Positions 32,624-46,640 of a stretch of DNA of 64,000 bases are shown in pieces. The DNA lies in NCBI RefSeq assembly GCF_009914755.1, contig NC_060930.1; one strand, written 5' to 3'. The DNA comes from the human T2T-CHM13v2.0 reference genome, Homo sapiens. The position numbers were made by a program, and so were the translations under genes. Position 1 is the stretch's first letter. Every line of letters begins with the position of its first letter. Below the pieces are notes generated by a model. That model did not search any database, was not told where the DNA came from, and saw only the letters and a program-made list of their open reading frames with translations.

Positions 32624-33734
32624 GAATTGTAAGAATTAAATAAGAGAAGAAATGTACATTGGTTAAGCCTTGTACATAGTAGGTGTTTAATTAATGATAG
32701 TGCCTGCATACACACACTCATTTACCCACTCACGTACACACATATGTATATATTCATACATACCTACCATACTCAGATACAAGATTCCGAAGCTGTTTTC
32801 TTTTAGTTGGTAAACTACAAAAGCACTTAGACCTGCACATCTGTCGTGGATGACATTTTGCTGATATATTTAGTGAATGGGTTTATTAAGTAGAAACAAG
32901 GGGAAGAAAAGACTGCTGTTTCCTAATGATTTTGTTCTTCAGCTTTCAAACAGTGACTCTAAATTTGCATTTTTTTCCTGTCTTGCCATGGTGTGATTTT
33001 TGCAAAGTAATTATGGTAGTGAAAGTTGGTTTAGACCTCAGAAGTTAAATATTTCACTTAAATACTGCTGTGTTTTAATTAAATATAACCCTGGAGAACA
33101 GTGTTTAGTTGCACAGATGAAATGGGCTAAGCCTTGGGGCACTGTGACTCCAGTGGAGAAAATTGAACAGCAGAGTCAATTGGGCACAAGCTATGAGAAG
33201 AGTGAAGCAATTTATCAGGCCGACTGGAAGTTAATTGTTTAGGCAAAACGTAATACGTCATAGTATGACAAACACATCAAGCTACATGGGGCAAATACAT
33301 AAATGTGATGACTATTGATTACCACCAAATGAAGGCTTTGGCTGTTTAATCAGTTATGTATTAGTTTTCAGCACTTTAAAATCAGTTAAAATCTAGTGTA
33401 ATTTTAAAAAAAAGGGTTAGAAACAGAGAGACCAAATAATTTCAATGTAAGCAATTAAGTTTGGGTCATGTAGTCCCAGAAAGTATGGTGCCAGAGTAAT
33501 GACTGAGTTGGGCTGAGTTTTATGGGAAAGATTCCTCAATGGTATAAATAAGACCAGTAAACAAAGTAAGAAAGACAGTCATTGTCTTCCCTTTATATAT
33601 CTCTCATGCCTCAAAATTTACACGCAGTGCTAGACAACACATACTTTCACATTAATACTGGGAATAAAGTGCTGCCGGAAAATGGAAATGGTGCAGACGA
33701 GAAAGCTCCACATTATTAGGGACCTGTTTTAAAA

Positions 33735-34313
33735 TGTACCCAGCGTTTGTTTTGATGAGGTATAGTAAGACACACAGACATGGAAACGGCTGCTATGAAG
33801 AAAGACTGTTTCATATTCACAGGTCCTGGGTGATGATGTCGACTTTCTAGGAGTCCAGGCACACCACGTGGGGCCACATGGGGAAGCAACCAGGGTTAGT
33901 CAGGGGACAGAGAAAGAGTGAGGGGAAAGTGTGGGTAAGAGCCTTTATTGTGGTTTCTGTAGGAAGAAATAGGACAGACAGGAGAAGCAGGCTTGGGATT
34001 GACTAGCAGAATAATTTCAGTGGGCTTGTAGAGAGTGGAGAGACTGTTCCAAGTTGTCGGATACTTTGTCCTGAGGGGATTGGGGGAGGAAGCAGCGGCT
34101 TGATGTGAGTCAGTTCAGTTCAATAAAGGAGGTAGTTGGGGGGTGTGGGCTCTGGATTGGTTGGTTTGTGTATGAAAGGCATACTTGCAGATCAGGCTTC
34201 TACTATCTTTAGGAATTGGCTAGTTCTAGGTGGGGAAGGCTCCCCATAGGGGAAGTGAGGCTCCAGATGCCATGTCATTAAGAATAGAGAAAATTAAAAA
34301 ATATAATTAATAT
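33735..34313 (-). mobile_element. ERVL LTR (MER76-like)
   Basis: gggccacatggggaagca...gcctttattgtggtttc...aataatttcagtgggc...aaaatataattaatata. Subfamily from recall. Confidence 0.6.
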
Positions 34314-35363
34314 AGGACCTTCCAGTCTCTGTGTTCTGGAGATATGCAAAATGTTAAAATATTGAAAACACCAGGGCTAACATCCCTCAATATGTCACCT
34401 CAACTGTGATAAGGGCTGTCTTTACCTCTACGCTCTGTTAACCATTCAAAGATGCTATCTGAGCTTTGCAGATGCTGGCAATGCATTCTTCTTAACTACA
34501 GATTATTTTGCAGCTCTGCTGCTAATCATGTTTTCTTCAATAGCAAGAAGGCTTAAAAAGTTAAATAATGAGAAAATGACTCTTTTAGACGCCAATGATC
34601 CTGCTGAAGTTCTCTTGAAAACTCTTCACTTATGGAGCAATGCCTAGGAAGGCCGTCCACTGAGGGTGTCAGTGATGGTATTAAGAGATCAAGCATTGTT
34701 GAGGAAAGATGAACATCCCATTGTGGCACAAACGGAATACATTCTAGAAATTAGGGTTTTCATACTCCAAAGAACTGAAGAATATCTTTAGACTGAACTA
34801 GATGGAAATGATTTTCAGATCACTGTTTTATACTTCATACACAGAATAAATGATGAGCTAAACTGTAGCTAAATATACAATTTCAGAGGTGTATTTTACC
34901 TTCATTTACTTAATGCAATCACTAAAATGCCTATGGTTACATTTGTGCCAAATTTTCAGTTATAAAATTTGATTTTCAGCAGATTAAATTTAGTAATAAA
35001 ATGTTCTCTATGCTAAAGAATAAAAGGAAAGTCCTTGGGCAATAGTGTTTTTTCAATCACTGGTTTTTGAAATGCATTTGGTTGTAATAAACACAACCGC
35101 ATATGGTAAAATATGACAAGTATTTTTCATTGTTAGCATTTTCATCTGTAAATAAGGTTGAAATTTAGCCAACAATTATTTTTCTCAAGAGGTTAAGAAG
35201 TGAAAACATAACATTTATTTTTTTTTCACAGAAATTGACACCACATTGATCACATCTGAGCTCTGGAAAAATAACAAAGAACCAGTCCTTTATCTCCAGG
35301 GGTGCTGCTGTTAAACAGTAACTATTCCCTATCTGACCACTGTGTGGTGCTGCTTACTTTTAA

Positions 35364-35365
<2 letters not shown>

Positions 35366-35408
<43 letters not shown>
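35366..35408. repeat. (TG)n microsatellite, about 21 units
   Basis: Directly visible. Confidence 0.97.
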
Positions 35409-35410
<2 letters not shown>

Positions 35411-37689
35411 CTGGGTGTGTACGCATATGTAGGCTTGTCTGCGTGTGCATCTTTGCTTTGTACATTTAGATATTTCTGATTTCAAAATGTAGCATACATT
35501 CAAGTTTGGAAACATCGAGTGCTGAGATTCTATTTAATGACTACAGATTGAAATTGACCAAATAATTAATCTCAAGCTTGAAATTGCATTTACTTCCTGC
35601 TTAACAAATGACCACCATGATGGTAGCAGAACTCAACCTAAGCATATTGCTAATTAATCTGATTTTACAAATAGACATAGATTTGGTGCAGAAACATTGC
35701 AAATAAAGAATTTTCCAAAATCTGGAAGCATTTAACTCTTTGCTTCTTCCCAATCGACATTCCGATGTTTCACTATTTTTGTGAAAGTAGGATTAAACAA
35801 AACAAACAAAATTTTTCTACATGGGTGATAATACAGACTTTCTAGTTAGAGTTTGGTAGAAAACGAAAAAAAAACCCACAAGCCTACTGCACTGGCTTAA
35901 ACTAACAACGAGTAATTTAAAGGCTACAGCAATAGCTTAAGGAACATGAAGAAAGAAGATGCATTTTTGAAGGTGGGAGCTGGGAATTGACAGTACTCAG
36001 GAAACAATAGAACTGCTATCTCTATTCATCTGAAGTCGTATTTCCTCATTTATTCAATTTGGTTTTCTCCGTAACGTTTGGCCTGCTTCTGGCTTTCATG
36101 TGCCATGTCACTATACCTGGCCCTGCTTCTATCTGACCTTTCAGTTTAACCCCCAGCCCCTAAATTATTGTAGTGTAGGTGTCTCCGTGGTCAATTTTTA
36201 GGGAGAGACAGTGTGGTCAATCAGTGGATTGATGCCTTTCTATTATGTAGTCATCATGAAACTCTTAAAAATGCTAATCAATTCAGTGCAGTTCAACAGA
36301 AAGTATTAAGTCATCAAACTGAAATGAAGAAAAAGACCTGAGTAGTATTAGAATACTCTTGATAATATAGTTCAACCCTTTATACTGGAATAAGATCAAT
36401 CCTAATATATATAAAACCAGATAGTCTATTCAAACCATATCACTTTATGTAAAGAAATGTATTATGGAAACTCTCCAATTTTTACCTCATGGGATTTTAT
36501 TGTGCTTAAATACAAAAAAGAAGGGAGGAGGGCATTTTTTCATAGGCAAATAATCTAAAAAGAATTTCATAGTAGAAAAGTATTCTTTGGCATCAGGAGT
36601 TTTATTGCCCATCTTTGGGAAAAGTACACAGAAGAATCTAGTGATTGAATGACCAGGTTATTTGCCTATTTCCCTTAGGAATCTGAGGCTAATGATGTGG
36701 GGACAGAGGGAGTATTTGTTTAAAGATGTCTTCCTCTCCAGATTCAACTCCAGAGAGGTTGGATAACTTTAAAGGACCTGGTAAAATACCCTACTTTAAA
36801 TAAATTTCTAAAGGAAAAGGCATCATGAATATTGCTAGGTTGAGCAAGTCAACTGCTAATGCACAGATGGTGAATCTGGTTCTGCCTTCTTCACCATATC
36901 CCCCCTACTCAAATTTCTGCCATGGCACCTCTGGGACAGGTGACGGAATAAAGGAATTGCCTCCTCAGTGTTGGGGACAAAAGAGATGCCATGGCTACCA
37001 CTGCTGGTTCCTCATCAACATTTTCTTTTGCCTCTTACGTTGATGGTAGAAAAGAAAGGAAAAATATATGTACATATTGTTATTAAAAATGTAAGCCCAT
37101 TGATGGGGCTATAACATTTATTTTAGATAATGGCACTTCTACCAGATAACAGGAATTGCTCATTTCTAGAAAGAGCTCTGAACGATAAATCAGTGTTTCT
37201 AATTTTGTTCTATCACAAACAGACTTTGCTAATTAAGGAGCAGGTCTCCTCATTTCCCTAGGCCTGAGTTTTCTTTCCTGTAATATATTCAAGTCCTTTC
37301 CTGTTCTCATCATGCATGTTTTAATACTTTTCATTATTCCCATGGAACCTTCTTAAGGTGGCTGTACCCATCACCAAAGCAGATGAAAAGCTTACTTTTC
37401 TAGCCCAAATAAAGATGTAGTTTTGGAGCAGTAGACCTGTCAGTGTTAGCTTTATAAGAACAAATAAATTAAACAAACAAACAGCCTCCCTCCCCACATA
37501 AGATGGGCTTATGTCAATCATTTGTTTATTTTGAAAAGAGGAAAGAGGATCCAGGCAATTACTTGCTATTCAATGAAATTAAATCATCTCCATCCTCCCT
37601 TTCTCTCTCCTTCACCAGCACACACCATGATTCCAAGCAAACTATGCATCTGAAACCCATATGGAAAGTCAGGAGAGTGCAAAGAGTGT

Positions 37690-37915
37690 AAGGATGTAGA
37701 CCCTGAGGCCAGGCTGCCTAATTTCACAGCCAAGCTCTGTTGTTTGCTACCCTTTCACCTTGGACAAATTGCTTAACTCTGGCCACGTTCTCCCCATCTG
37801 GGAAATGAGGATAATAATGGAACCTTCATCAAAGGATGGTTGTGAGAATGAATAAAAGCACTCAGAATAGTGCCTGGTACATAGTAAGTGTTGTGTAAGT
37901 GTCCTATAATTAATA
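37690..37915 (+). mobile_element. MIR SINE
   Basis: ccttggacaaattgcttaactct...ccccatctgggaaatgaggataataat...gcactcagaatagtgcctggtacatagtaagtg. Confidence 0.8.
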
Positions 37916-39109
37916 TAAGCAGTTCTATAATTGTTATCTGAATTAACTGATAAGGAAAGGGTTAAGAGTCAGTGGGCTTTGCTATGGTCTGGGAATGCTT
38001 CAAACAAAGAAAAATGAATTACAGACAGACTTTCTCTGGCTTCCTATGTTTTTCCCATTTTTTCCTATATTTCCTATTTTTTCCCATGTTGCCATGCCCC
38101 TCAAATTTGTCCTTTCCTAACAAAACATCATCTGATTGGCAAGTAGCTTCTCATCTTCAGTAAGTCCCCAAAAACAAAGATGAGAGAATATTTGTAGGCA
38201 ACCCCAGATGATTGCCTTCTTTACTTGATCCCCTACTTTAGCCCCTTGTTTTATGGATAATCACCTACCTCTGCTGAAGAAAAGGGAAGGAGGAGAGCTG
38301 AAGGAGCCACTTCCCATGCAGGGCAGTGCACAGCATGGAGAAGGCACTGTCTCAGATATTCTAAGCAGAGGGGAGCAGAGAATAGAGGAGAGAGCACCCA
38401 AAAGCAGACAAGGAGGAAGAAGCATAGAAGTTATAAGAATTTCCCACCAATAGCTCCAATAATCATAAAGGCTGGGAACTGAGAGATATCGGTGGAGCAG
38501 GGATCTGTTGTGTCCTCAGCATTTATAGTAGCTCAGATAGACAGTGTCCTAGAGACCTAACCTACTGCACAACTAACTCATGAGGGTCTCGTGAAGAAGA
38601 TGCTCAAGAAGACAGAAGAAATAGGCTGAGATGGGTTAACTCTTCAACAAGGAGGGATATGTGGAGGGAAAAAATGCAGCTGCCAACTGTTTAATCACTT
38701 GCAGGTACTGTAATTTGTTCAATATTTTATTTAGCTGTCTAATAAAGGTGGTTATCATTTTGTCCATATTGCTTTGGAGTTATTCTCACACAATGTCTCT
38801 TTGTTCAAAATTCTGATGTAAGAACTCTAATTAGTTTTTGAAGAACTACCTGAATCTGGAGGGACTCTAATGATCAGCAGCTGGTTGCTCTGCTGGTGCC
38901 CAGAGAGAGAAGGCCTGCCCCTAATTGGATTTACCTGCATGATTTAGTTATAAGAAAAGAACTAAAGGAGAAGCGCTTTTATAGAAAAATCACATAACAT
39001 GCTATAGAAAATACGTGAAAAAAGGACAGGTATGTGTGCATAAGAGACATAGTCAAATATCAAAGCTGGGCTTTCTGTTGTATTTATAAAGTTTAATATT
39101 GAAACTATA

Positions 39110-39235
39110 CTCGACAGAGATTTCATAGTTACCTAGCCTAATTCCTCATTTTTTTAGATGAGGAAACTGAGGCACAGCATGGTTTAAACATTTGCTCAAC
39201 ATCATCCAGTCTAATAAGTGGTCTTTGTCCTACTT
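39110..39235 (-). mobile_element. MIR3/MIR fragment
   Basis: cctcattttttagatgaggaaactgaggcacag. Confidence 0.65.
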
Positions 39236-40904
39236 AAGGCTTTTTACACCGTTATCCCACCACCTCTTGTGGATGTTGTTTAATCTTTGTCTTTGGTGGA
39301 AAAAGGGTTGTTTTTCTCTTTGCTTTTATTGTGTAAGCTGAAAGACATTTCAGTAGAACATACTAATGAAAGTTGCTGTTAGCTATTTTCTAAGTGAAAT
39401 TCTTTTAGAATAAGTATTTCAAAGATATTTTCCAGTTAGAAAAGATCTTTGCAATTATGTGTGAGGCAGACACGCATTTTGAACATCCCAGGACTCATTT
39501 CCTATGGAGAACTCAGGATATGGGCCAGGAGGCTGGAGCAAAAGCAGCAACACTTTGTCAGAAAGGAAAGTGTGTTGATGAGTGGGCCAGGGTAAATATG
39601 TGGGGAAATGCACACTTCAAAACTAGCTGAAGGGAAGGTGTGTTTGCTCATCTCAGAATGGCCAAATTAAGGGTACGACTAGGCCAAGTGACTTAGACTT
39701 GTCTGAAACAAGAAGTAGCTTATCCAACTACCTTTCAGGAAAGTGTCTCTTCAAGTTTGTTGGCTTGTCTCTTCAATGCTCTGTGACTCTTCAAGTTTGC
39801 TTGGGCTTTTAAAATAGGATTACCAAGGAGTCTGACAGCAATGGGAATAATGAAGTGCCCAGAATAAGCAGCAAGGTGGCTTATGTCACATTGTATGCAG
39901 CATCATGGATAAGAGGTGATTTATCCCTTTCATCAGACCAAGCTCTTCACAGGCAAGAAAACTTATTCAAACTGTGGCCATAATCGCTAGAACATAAATA
40001 AAACTCCAAGCAACCCAAAACACCCTCGACCAAGTATAATTTAAAATTAGACTGCATTCATGTGATTTTTAAAATAGACAAATGTTTCAGGGAACCCAAT
40101 ATTTTATACACAGTCTATGAATGATATCATGGTCTTCACAACTTTGATATGCAAATTTCAGTTGATGAAAATGTTGCTATATTTTCCCAGGGCTTATGGG
40201 AAACATGAAAAGAATCGTAAGCCACTTGAAGCCAAGGAAACTTCAGAAAGGGCGGGAGTGTTGATATTTCCTGAGGTTCTGTGGGAAATATCAGAAGGGA
40301 GTCCCTGTATAATGTAAACAAGATAGAAATTTTAAGAAGAAAAACAATTTGAGGTTCTGCGTTTAATTATTGTCTTACTTTTGAAGAGTCTCAAGCTTCT
40401 GTTATTTTTCCTGATGCAAAATATGCATGTGTGTAGTCTCTGCAAACCCGAACTTTCTTTTTACGACCTATAGTGGGTAAGAAGCATGAAGTGGGTCATT
40501 TTTAGACCAAAAAAATGCCTCATAAATTTGTCTTTTATTATATAATAACAAAACTCCCAAAAGGTTTTATTTATTAGTTAGTTTAGTTGAAGAAAAACTG
40601 ATATTGTATGTTATATTTACCTACCAAGTAAAGCCTTTAATGAGATCATTGAAAAAGACTTCCTAATTCCACTGTGCTTATTTTTTTTAAATAAAATTAG
40701 GGGAAAGGCTCTCATTGTAACCTCTGCCCCCTGTTGTAAATCGACCTTGCATACGCCTGTCTGGTATGTGAACCGTGAAAAATCTTTATGGAACTCTTTC
40801 AACCCTCTCTCTTTGCTCGTTGTGGTACTTAACGTCTACAATGAATGATACACATGTAAAAGGCAAACGACAACAGTGCTCATTAATTAGAGCACATGAT
40901 ATGA

Positions 40905-41489
<585 letters not shown>

Positions 41490-41662
41490 TAATGGAGTGA
41501 CAGAATGAATATATTTCTCAACTGCCAGTTTTTTAACTCTGTATTCTTTTTTTTGGACTTAAAACTATGCTATCAACTTGGTTTATTTGAAATAAATTTT
41601 TTTTGACTTTTTAGAGGTTAAGTAGTTTAAATGACTCTGTTTCCTTGTTCAATGTAACTTGG

Positions 41663-41709
41663 AAAACAAAAACAAATACAAACAAAACAAAACAAAACAA
41701 AACAAAAAC
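41663..41709. repeat. (CAAAA)n simple repeat
   Basis: Directly visible. Confidence 0.85.
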
Positions 41710-44700
41710 CTGAGCAGATTCTTTCAGAACATCCCTCAAGCAAATTTAGGTACTACAGACACCACACCAAAATGCACTATTTAAAGGACAAAATGTGCTA
41801 AGGTTAATAATCAGTGTAAACAGAGTCTTGAAATGGAAATAGAATAATCAAATGAATACAACAGGATGATCTTTACTGTGTGGTTGTTCGCAGGGTGATT
41901 TCTGGTGTTAGGCTCCAGGTGTTTGAATTCTGATCTGGCATCCACTACTGTACAATTCTGGGCCAGTTAAATCCCTATAAGTGTCAGGGTGAAATGGAAT
42001 AACAAGGACTTCCTGAATGGGCTGGGAGGACTAAATGAGATGATGTATCTAATGCATCTAACATGGCACTTTGTTTATAGTTACCATTATTCTATTATTG
42101 CTTTTTAAGGTTAGTGATATACACATTCATATGGTTAACTGTTTATCTTGAAATTCTCATAATTCTAGAAGTCTGCATTGGCAGCTACACTATGTCGTAT
42201 TTTATTTCTGTTTTCAGATGAAGAAGAAAGACAGAATGGATAACAATTTATTTGGTCATTGAGTTAAATATTAAAATATTTTAAAAGTATCTGATGTTGG
42301 GGCATAACACAATTTGGAATATGAGTCTCAGTATTCATTATATCTTGTGACTAAATTTGTCAAGAAGCTCAACAATTGCATTTTTCCCTTTCCTTTTTTT
42401 TTAGTTTTGCAGAATAAGCTGATCATTTTGCTTTTTAAGTGTCATTTGATAGGAATATGTCTATACTACACTTCTGGCAAAAATTTACCCTCTCTTTTAT
42501 GGTAAAATATATTCAATTCAGCCAACTACTTTGTGGCCAAACCATCTCTCTGTACTCACCACACAAATGTTGAATCAGAAAACAGAATGGCCATATTACA
42601 AGTCCTTGGCTCAATAAAAATAAACCAAGCCAAAAAAAAGGCAAAGGCAAAGAAATTTCTGTGAGAGTTGATTGGGGTTTATTTCAGCTAATTTTGCATT
42701 CATTTCACAATCATTTTTACATTCTACACTATAGAAATAAAAATGATTAATTCTGAAAAATCTTGCTCTATGAAGGGGCTGATGATGGGCACCCACTGCA
42801 TGGGCCTTCCACAGTGGCCCAGGGCTCTCTAGCAATGCCACTGTTAATTGTTGGTGGCTCTCAACCACTTTCCAGCAAGTACCTCTTTTTCCTTTCTCCT
42901 GTTTTCTATCTCATTCCTCTACATTCCTTAATCAATAAGAAGTATTTCCTAAATGCAAGAGACCAGCTCCTGTCATCAAAAAGCTTATTATTGAATAGAT
43001 GTGCCTTGCAGTGATCCTGATGGACTCCTTCATGCGGCTGTCATTCTCCAATCAAAATGGTTTTGGACCCATCAAGTTTATCTACATTTTATGGGTCAAT
43101 TAAGTGCCTACTGGGTAGCATTTTTGTAGTATGAGAATCAGCAACAAGAGAGAGCATATTTTTTCATGATTACATTTTCTGGAGGGAAAACTTAAAAGAT
43201 GCCATTTTATTTTCCTATATGTAAAACTGTGTTTCCAATGGAAATGAATTTAGCAATCCAAGAGAGCTTTTGTAACTGCCAATAGAGTTCCAGGTTGCTT
43301 GGCAATGCAAATGAAGATCAGAAACCATCCCCACCCAACAAAATGAAAAACAACAAAAACAACAACAAACCAAGAAACCCCATATGTCTGTCATTCCAGA
43401 GATGCACAGTTGAAAGGAGCCCAGAATAAAGCTTTGAATGAGAAACAAAAAAATGTGAGGGCAACACATGAAATGTGTTTCATTTTTTTAAAGCAAAAAC
43501 AAAATAAACAAAAACCAAGTTGTTAATGTATTATTTCCCATCAGAAGGGAAAATACCAATAATGGGTTTGAGGGTTGTGGTGCCAAGTTCTCTAGGGTTA
43601 TAAACTAGACTGATGCAAAGCAGATGAAATTTCATCTGCGGCTTACAAATGAAAGCTTTTTAATGGGGAAATGGAACATTTCTGCCCCATAGATGTGCTG
43701 AGACCTCAGGTTCAATAGAAGTTCAAGTCCTCTTTTTCTCAGCATGCCAGAAGCAGGCACCTTGGTGAACATCAGGCTAAAGAATTCATGGAGAATGCAC
43801 TAAAGGGTTAATGGAAAGGGCTTCTAAAAACCAAGGAATACCCCCCCGCCAAAAAAACCCAAATTAACAGTCTACTGTTTAAGATTATTTTTTAAAAATA
43901 TATCAACCTAATGTACAAAGAACTAAAGCTTTAGCAAAGGGGACCAGTCAATAAAGAACACCTTTGGTGATATGTCACATTGTCTTTTCATCTGTAAATG
44001 ATAATGAATTTGGCAACCATTTTGCCCCTTATTGCAAATTTAAGAATAGTATCCCATCCATTCCTAATTCCTGTTTTCTGAGCAGGATTTTTAGAGCGCT
44101 GTTGTCCTAACATACAGAATTAATGTTGAAAGAATTGGTAGAGTTCGGGAGAGTTGGAGAGGTTAGGGTTTTATAATTATTTTTCTTCGATTATGTCTAT
44201 ATTTTAAGTTATTTACTCATTTCATGTCAATTTCAACCTCGAGGAAATAAAAACCTTTTTTCTTTCTCTAGGCATTCTATATTGTTCATGGGAAGTGGAA
44301 CTGTGTAAAAGGCTCATGTGAGTCTAAGCAGTTACCAGTGAGGAGAATACAAAAGGCCACCTCACCCCAGTGCCTGTGGCATCTGACACTAAAACATATG
44401 GCTGAAAAATGTAAAGTGCCATCAGTTACCAGGCTGCTTGTCTCCCTGTTCTGTGATATCCCAAACCAGAGAGCTCGGTTTCTTTACAGAGTAGAATGAT
44501 TACGACCACTAGTCTGCCCTTGCTTGGTAAAGGCAAAACTCCAAATGGGCAGAAAAAATCCTCCAGGTGGCAGCACCTTCTTAGCTTTCAAATCCTCCTC
44601 TAGTGTGTTTTTAATTAGAACTAAAAATATAGTAACTACCAAAACCAAATTGATCCAGGAATAAACATCTATATGGTACCTCCAATCTGGAACTAGTCAA

Positions 44701-45639
44701 GATGTATTAAATTATTAATGATCTCTTCCAGCTTCTGACTATTGCTTGTTTTGACTTACATATTTAAATACTCCCTTGTAAGTAAATATGAAAGTTTATA
44801 GACTTAAAACAACATAGAGTTATAAGAATGAGGTCATAACCTGTGACTTCTGGATTAATGTAATTCATTGTGTCTGCTTGTTTCTCATTACCAACTAGCA
44901 TTTCCAGTCCTTCATATCAGCCATGTTGTGCTGTTGTGACCATTGCTCTAATTTCTATGTCCTTATGCTTAAGCAAGAAACCATTACAGAAGCTTTGAGC
45001 CAAGGTAATAACAATAAAAAAGTGTTTTTAAGCCAGAAGCAGAAGGGGAGAAGGGAGTAACAGACATTCAGAAGGCTGGTGAAAGGTGAGCAAGACTTCC
45101 CCGGCAGAAAGAGCTTGTTTAGGGAAAATGGCATGGTGTTCTTTGAAAAGTCCTTTTTATTTTTGGCCTTAGCAAATGAACCTATGGAAAGCATTTACTA
45201 ATTGGACATACAGTCAGATCAACCAGCAATCTTTCTGTAATGAAAGAAAATATAGGAAAGGTTAGCACTTTCCACAAACCCTAATCAGTCTCCTCTTTCT
45301 GTATTTGTCATTGAATGTCTCCACAACATCAAAAACAACTAGATGAAAAAGGAAATATTCAAAAGCTTGCTGGCTCTTCTACATACCAGTTTGATTTTTT
45401 AAAAACTGGATATACTGAATTAAATGAACTGACTTTGAGTAGCCATCATGTCAATGTTGTGTAGTCTCCGAGACAGTTAAGCCTATTTGAAGATGCTTAT
45501 GATGTTCTTGTCTGTCTATCAATATTTTAGTCACCTAGACTCAGAACCTGAGATTTACTTATTAGTCACCCATTCAAACACCATCCACTGAATATTCACT
45601 GTGGCAGACACGATGCTGGGACCTGATCTTCAGCACTTC

Positions 45640-46640
45640 ATTTTCTTCAAACTCTGTCAGATCGGTCCTTGCCTCATGTTTTCAGTTTTATTTTTTCTTT
45701 CTGATTCCGTGGACTCTACCCTAGACCTTAATCACTTAATGGGTATATTACTGTGAAAACCGTCCTCTAAATTTTCATGTTTGCAGATGCTCTTTCTTTG
45801 AGTCTATTCTACTTGCTACTGCTCCCAACTGGCATGATTCATTTCACTGATTGAAAAACCTACCATGACTATTTGTTTATAAGATCAATTGAAAAATTCC
45901 TGTTTCTAGGATTAAAACTTCTTATCATCTGGCCCCTCCTAGTGGGGACCTCATCTCTCAAGGCTCTTCACTGCGTCCCATCATCTGCCATGTTCTCTTG
46001 CCCTCTGACATTTCACTCAGGATGGCCTCCCTACCCTCTTGCCAAATTCAAGGTCTCCCTTAACATCCCTTCTCTCTTCATTGCAATATCTACCACCAGC
46101 ATCTATTATTTCTATTCCATATTCTACCTTGTCTTTCTTTCTTTTTTTTTTTTTTTTTGGTATTTATTGTTTTTTCAACAAGATTACATTCCTATTGTTG
46201 AGGGACTTTTCCTTAGTTTGGCTAAAGACGGGATCCTTGTCACGTGACCACAAAAGATTAGGCTCCCAGACAATTTGAAGGGTGAGAATAATGGGATTTG
46301 TTGGGTGAAAAGGAAAAAAAAAAACAAGAAACAAAAAATAGGGAAACATGAATTCTCCATAAGGCTAGGGTCCTGCTAGTGTGCTTCCTGCCTCACAGTT
46401 TGAATTCCAGTTTCCACCCAGGAAGAGGAGGGGCCAGGCTCCTCCCCACTGCAAATAGCGCGAACTTCTGTGGCTCCGCCCAAGTGTGCACTCCTCCCAG
46501 TGCACAGGCTGGTTGGAGTTTCCGTGCGGACCACTTCCCACCTGGCTGTCTCACTATAAAAAACATCCCCTGAATCCTGTACTCATTTCTTATCACTCAC
46601 TCTGTTCAACACATAGTAGGTGGCCAAAAATACTGAACCA
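45640..46640 (+). mobile_element. Degraded L2 interrupted by an LTR
   Basis: Pyrimidine-rich L2-like body and 3' motif acacatagtaggtggccaaaaatactgaa. Confidence 0.45.
46196..46553 (-). mobile_element. MER61A-like ERV1 solo LTR
   Basis: Minus strand starts TGAGACAGCCAGGTGGGAAG...AAACTCCAACCAGCCTGTGCACTGGGAGGAGTGCAC. TG...CA termini and 4-bp TSD ctat (46192-46195 and 46554-46557). Confidence 0.85.

Noticed and set aside
46196-46553. p53 response element in the MER61 LTR
   Set aside because: Some MER61 subfamilies carry p53 sites, but I see no paired RRRCWWGYYY half-sites in this copy.
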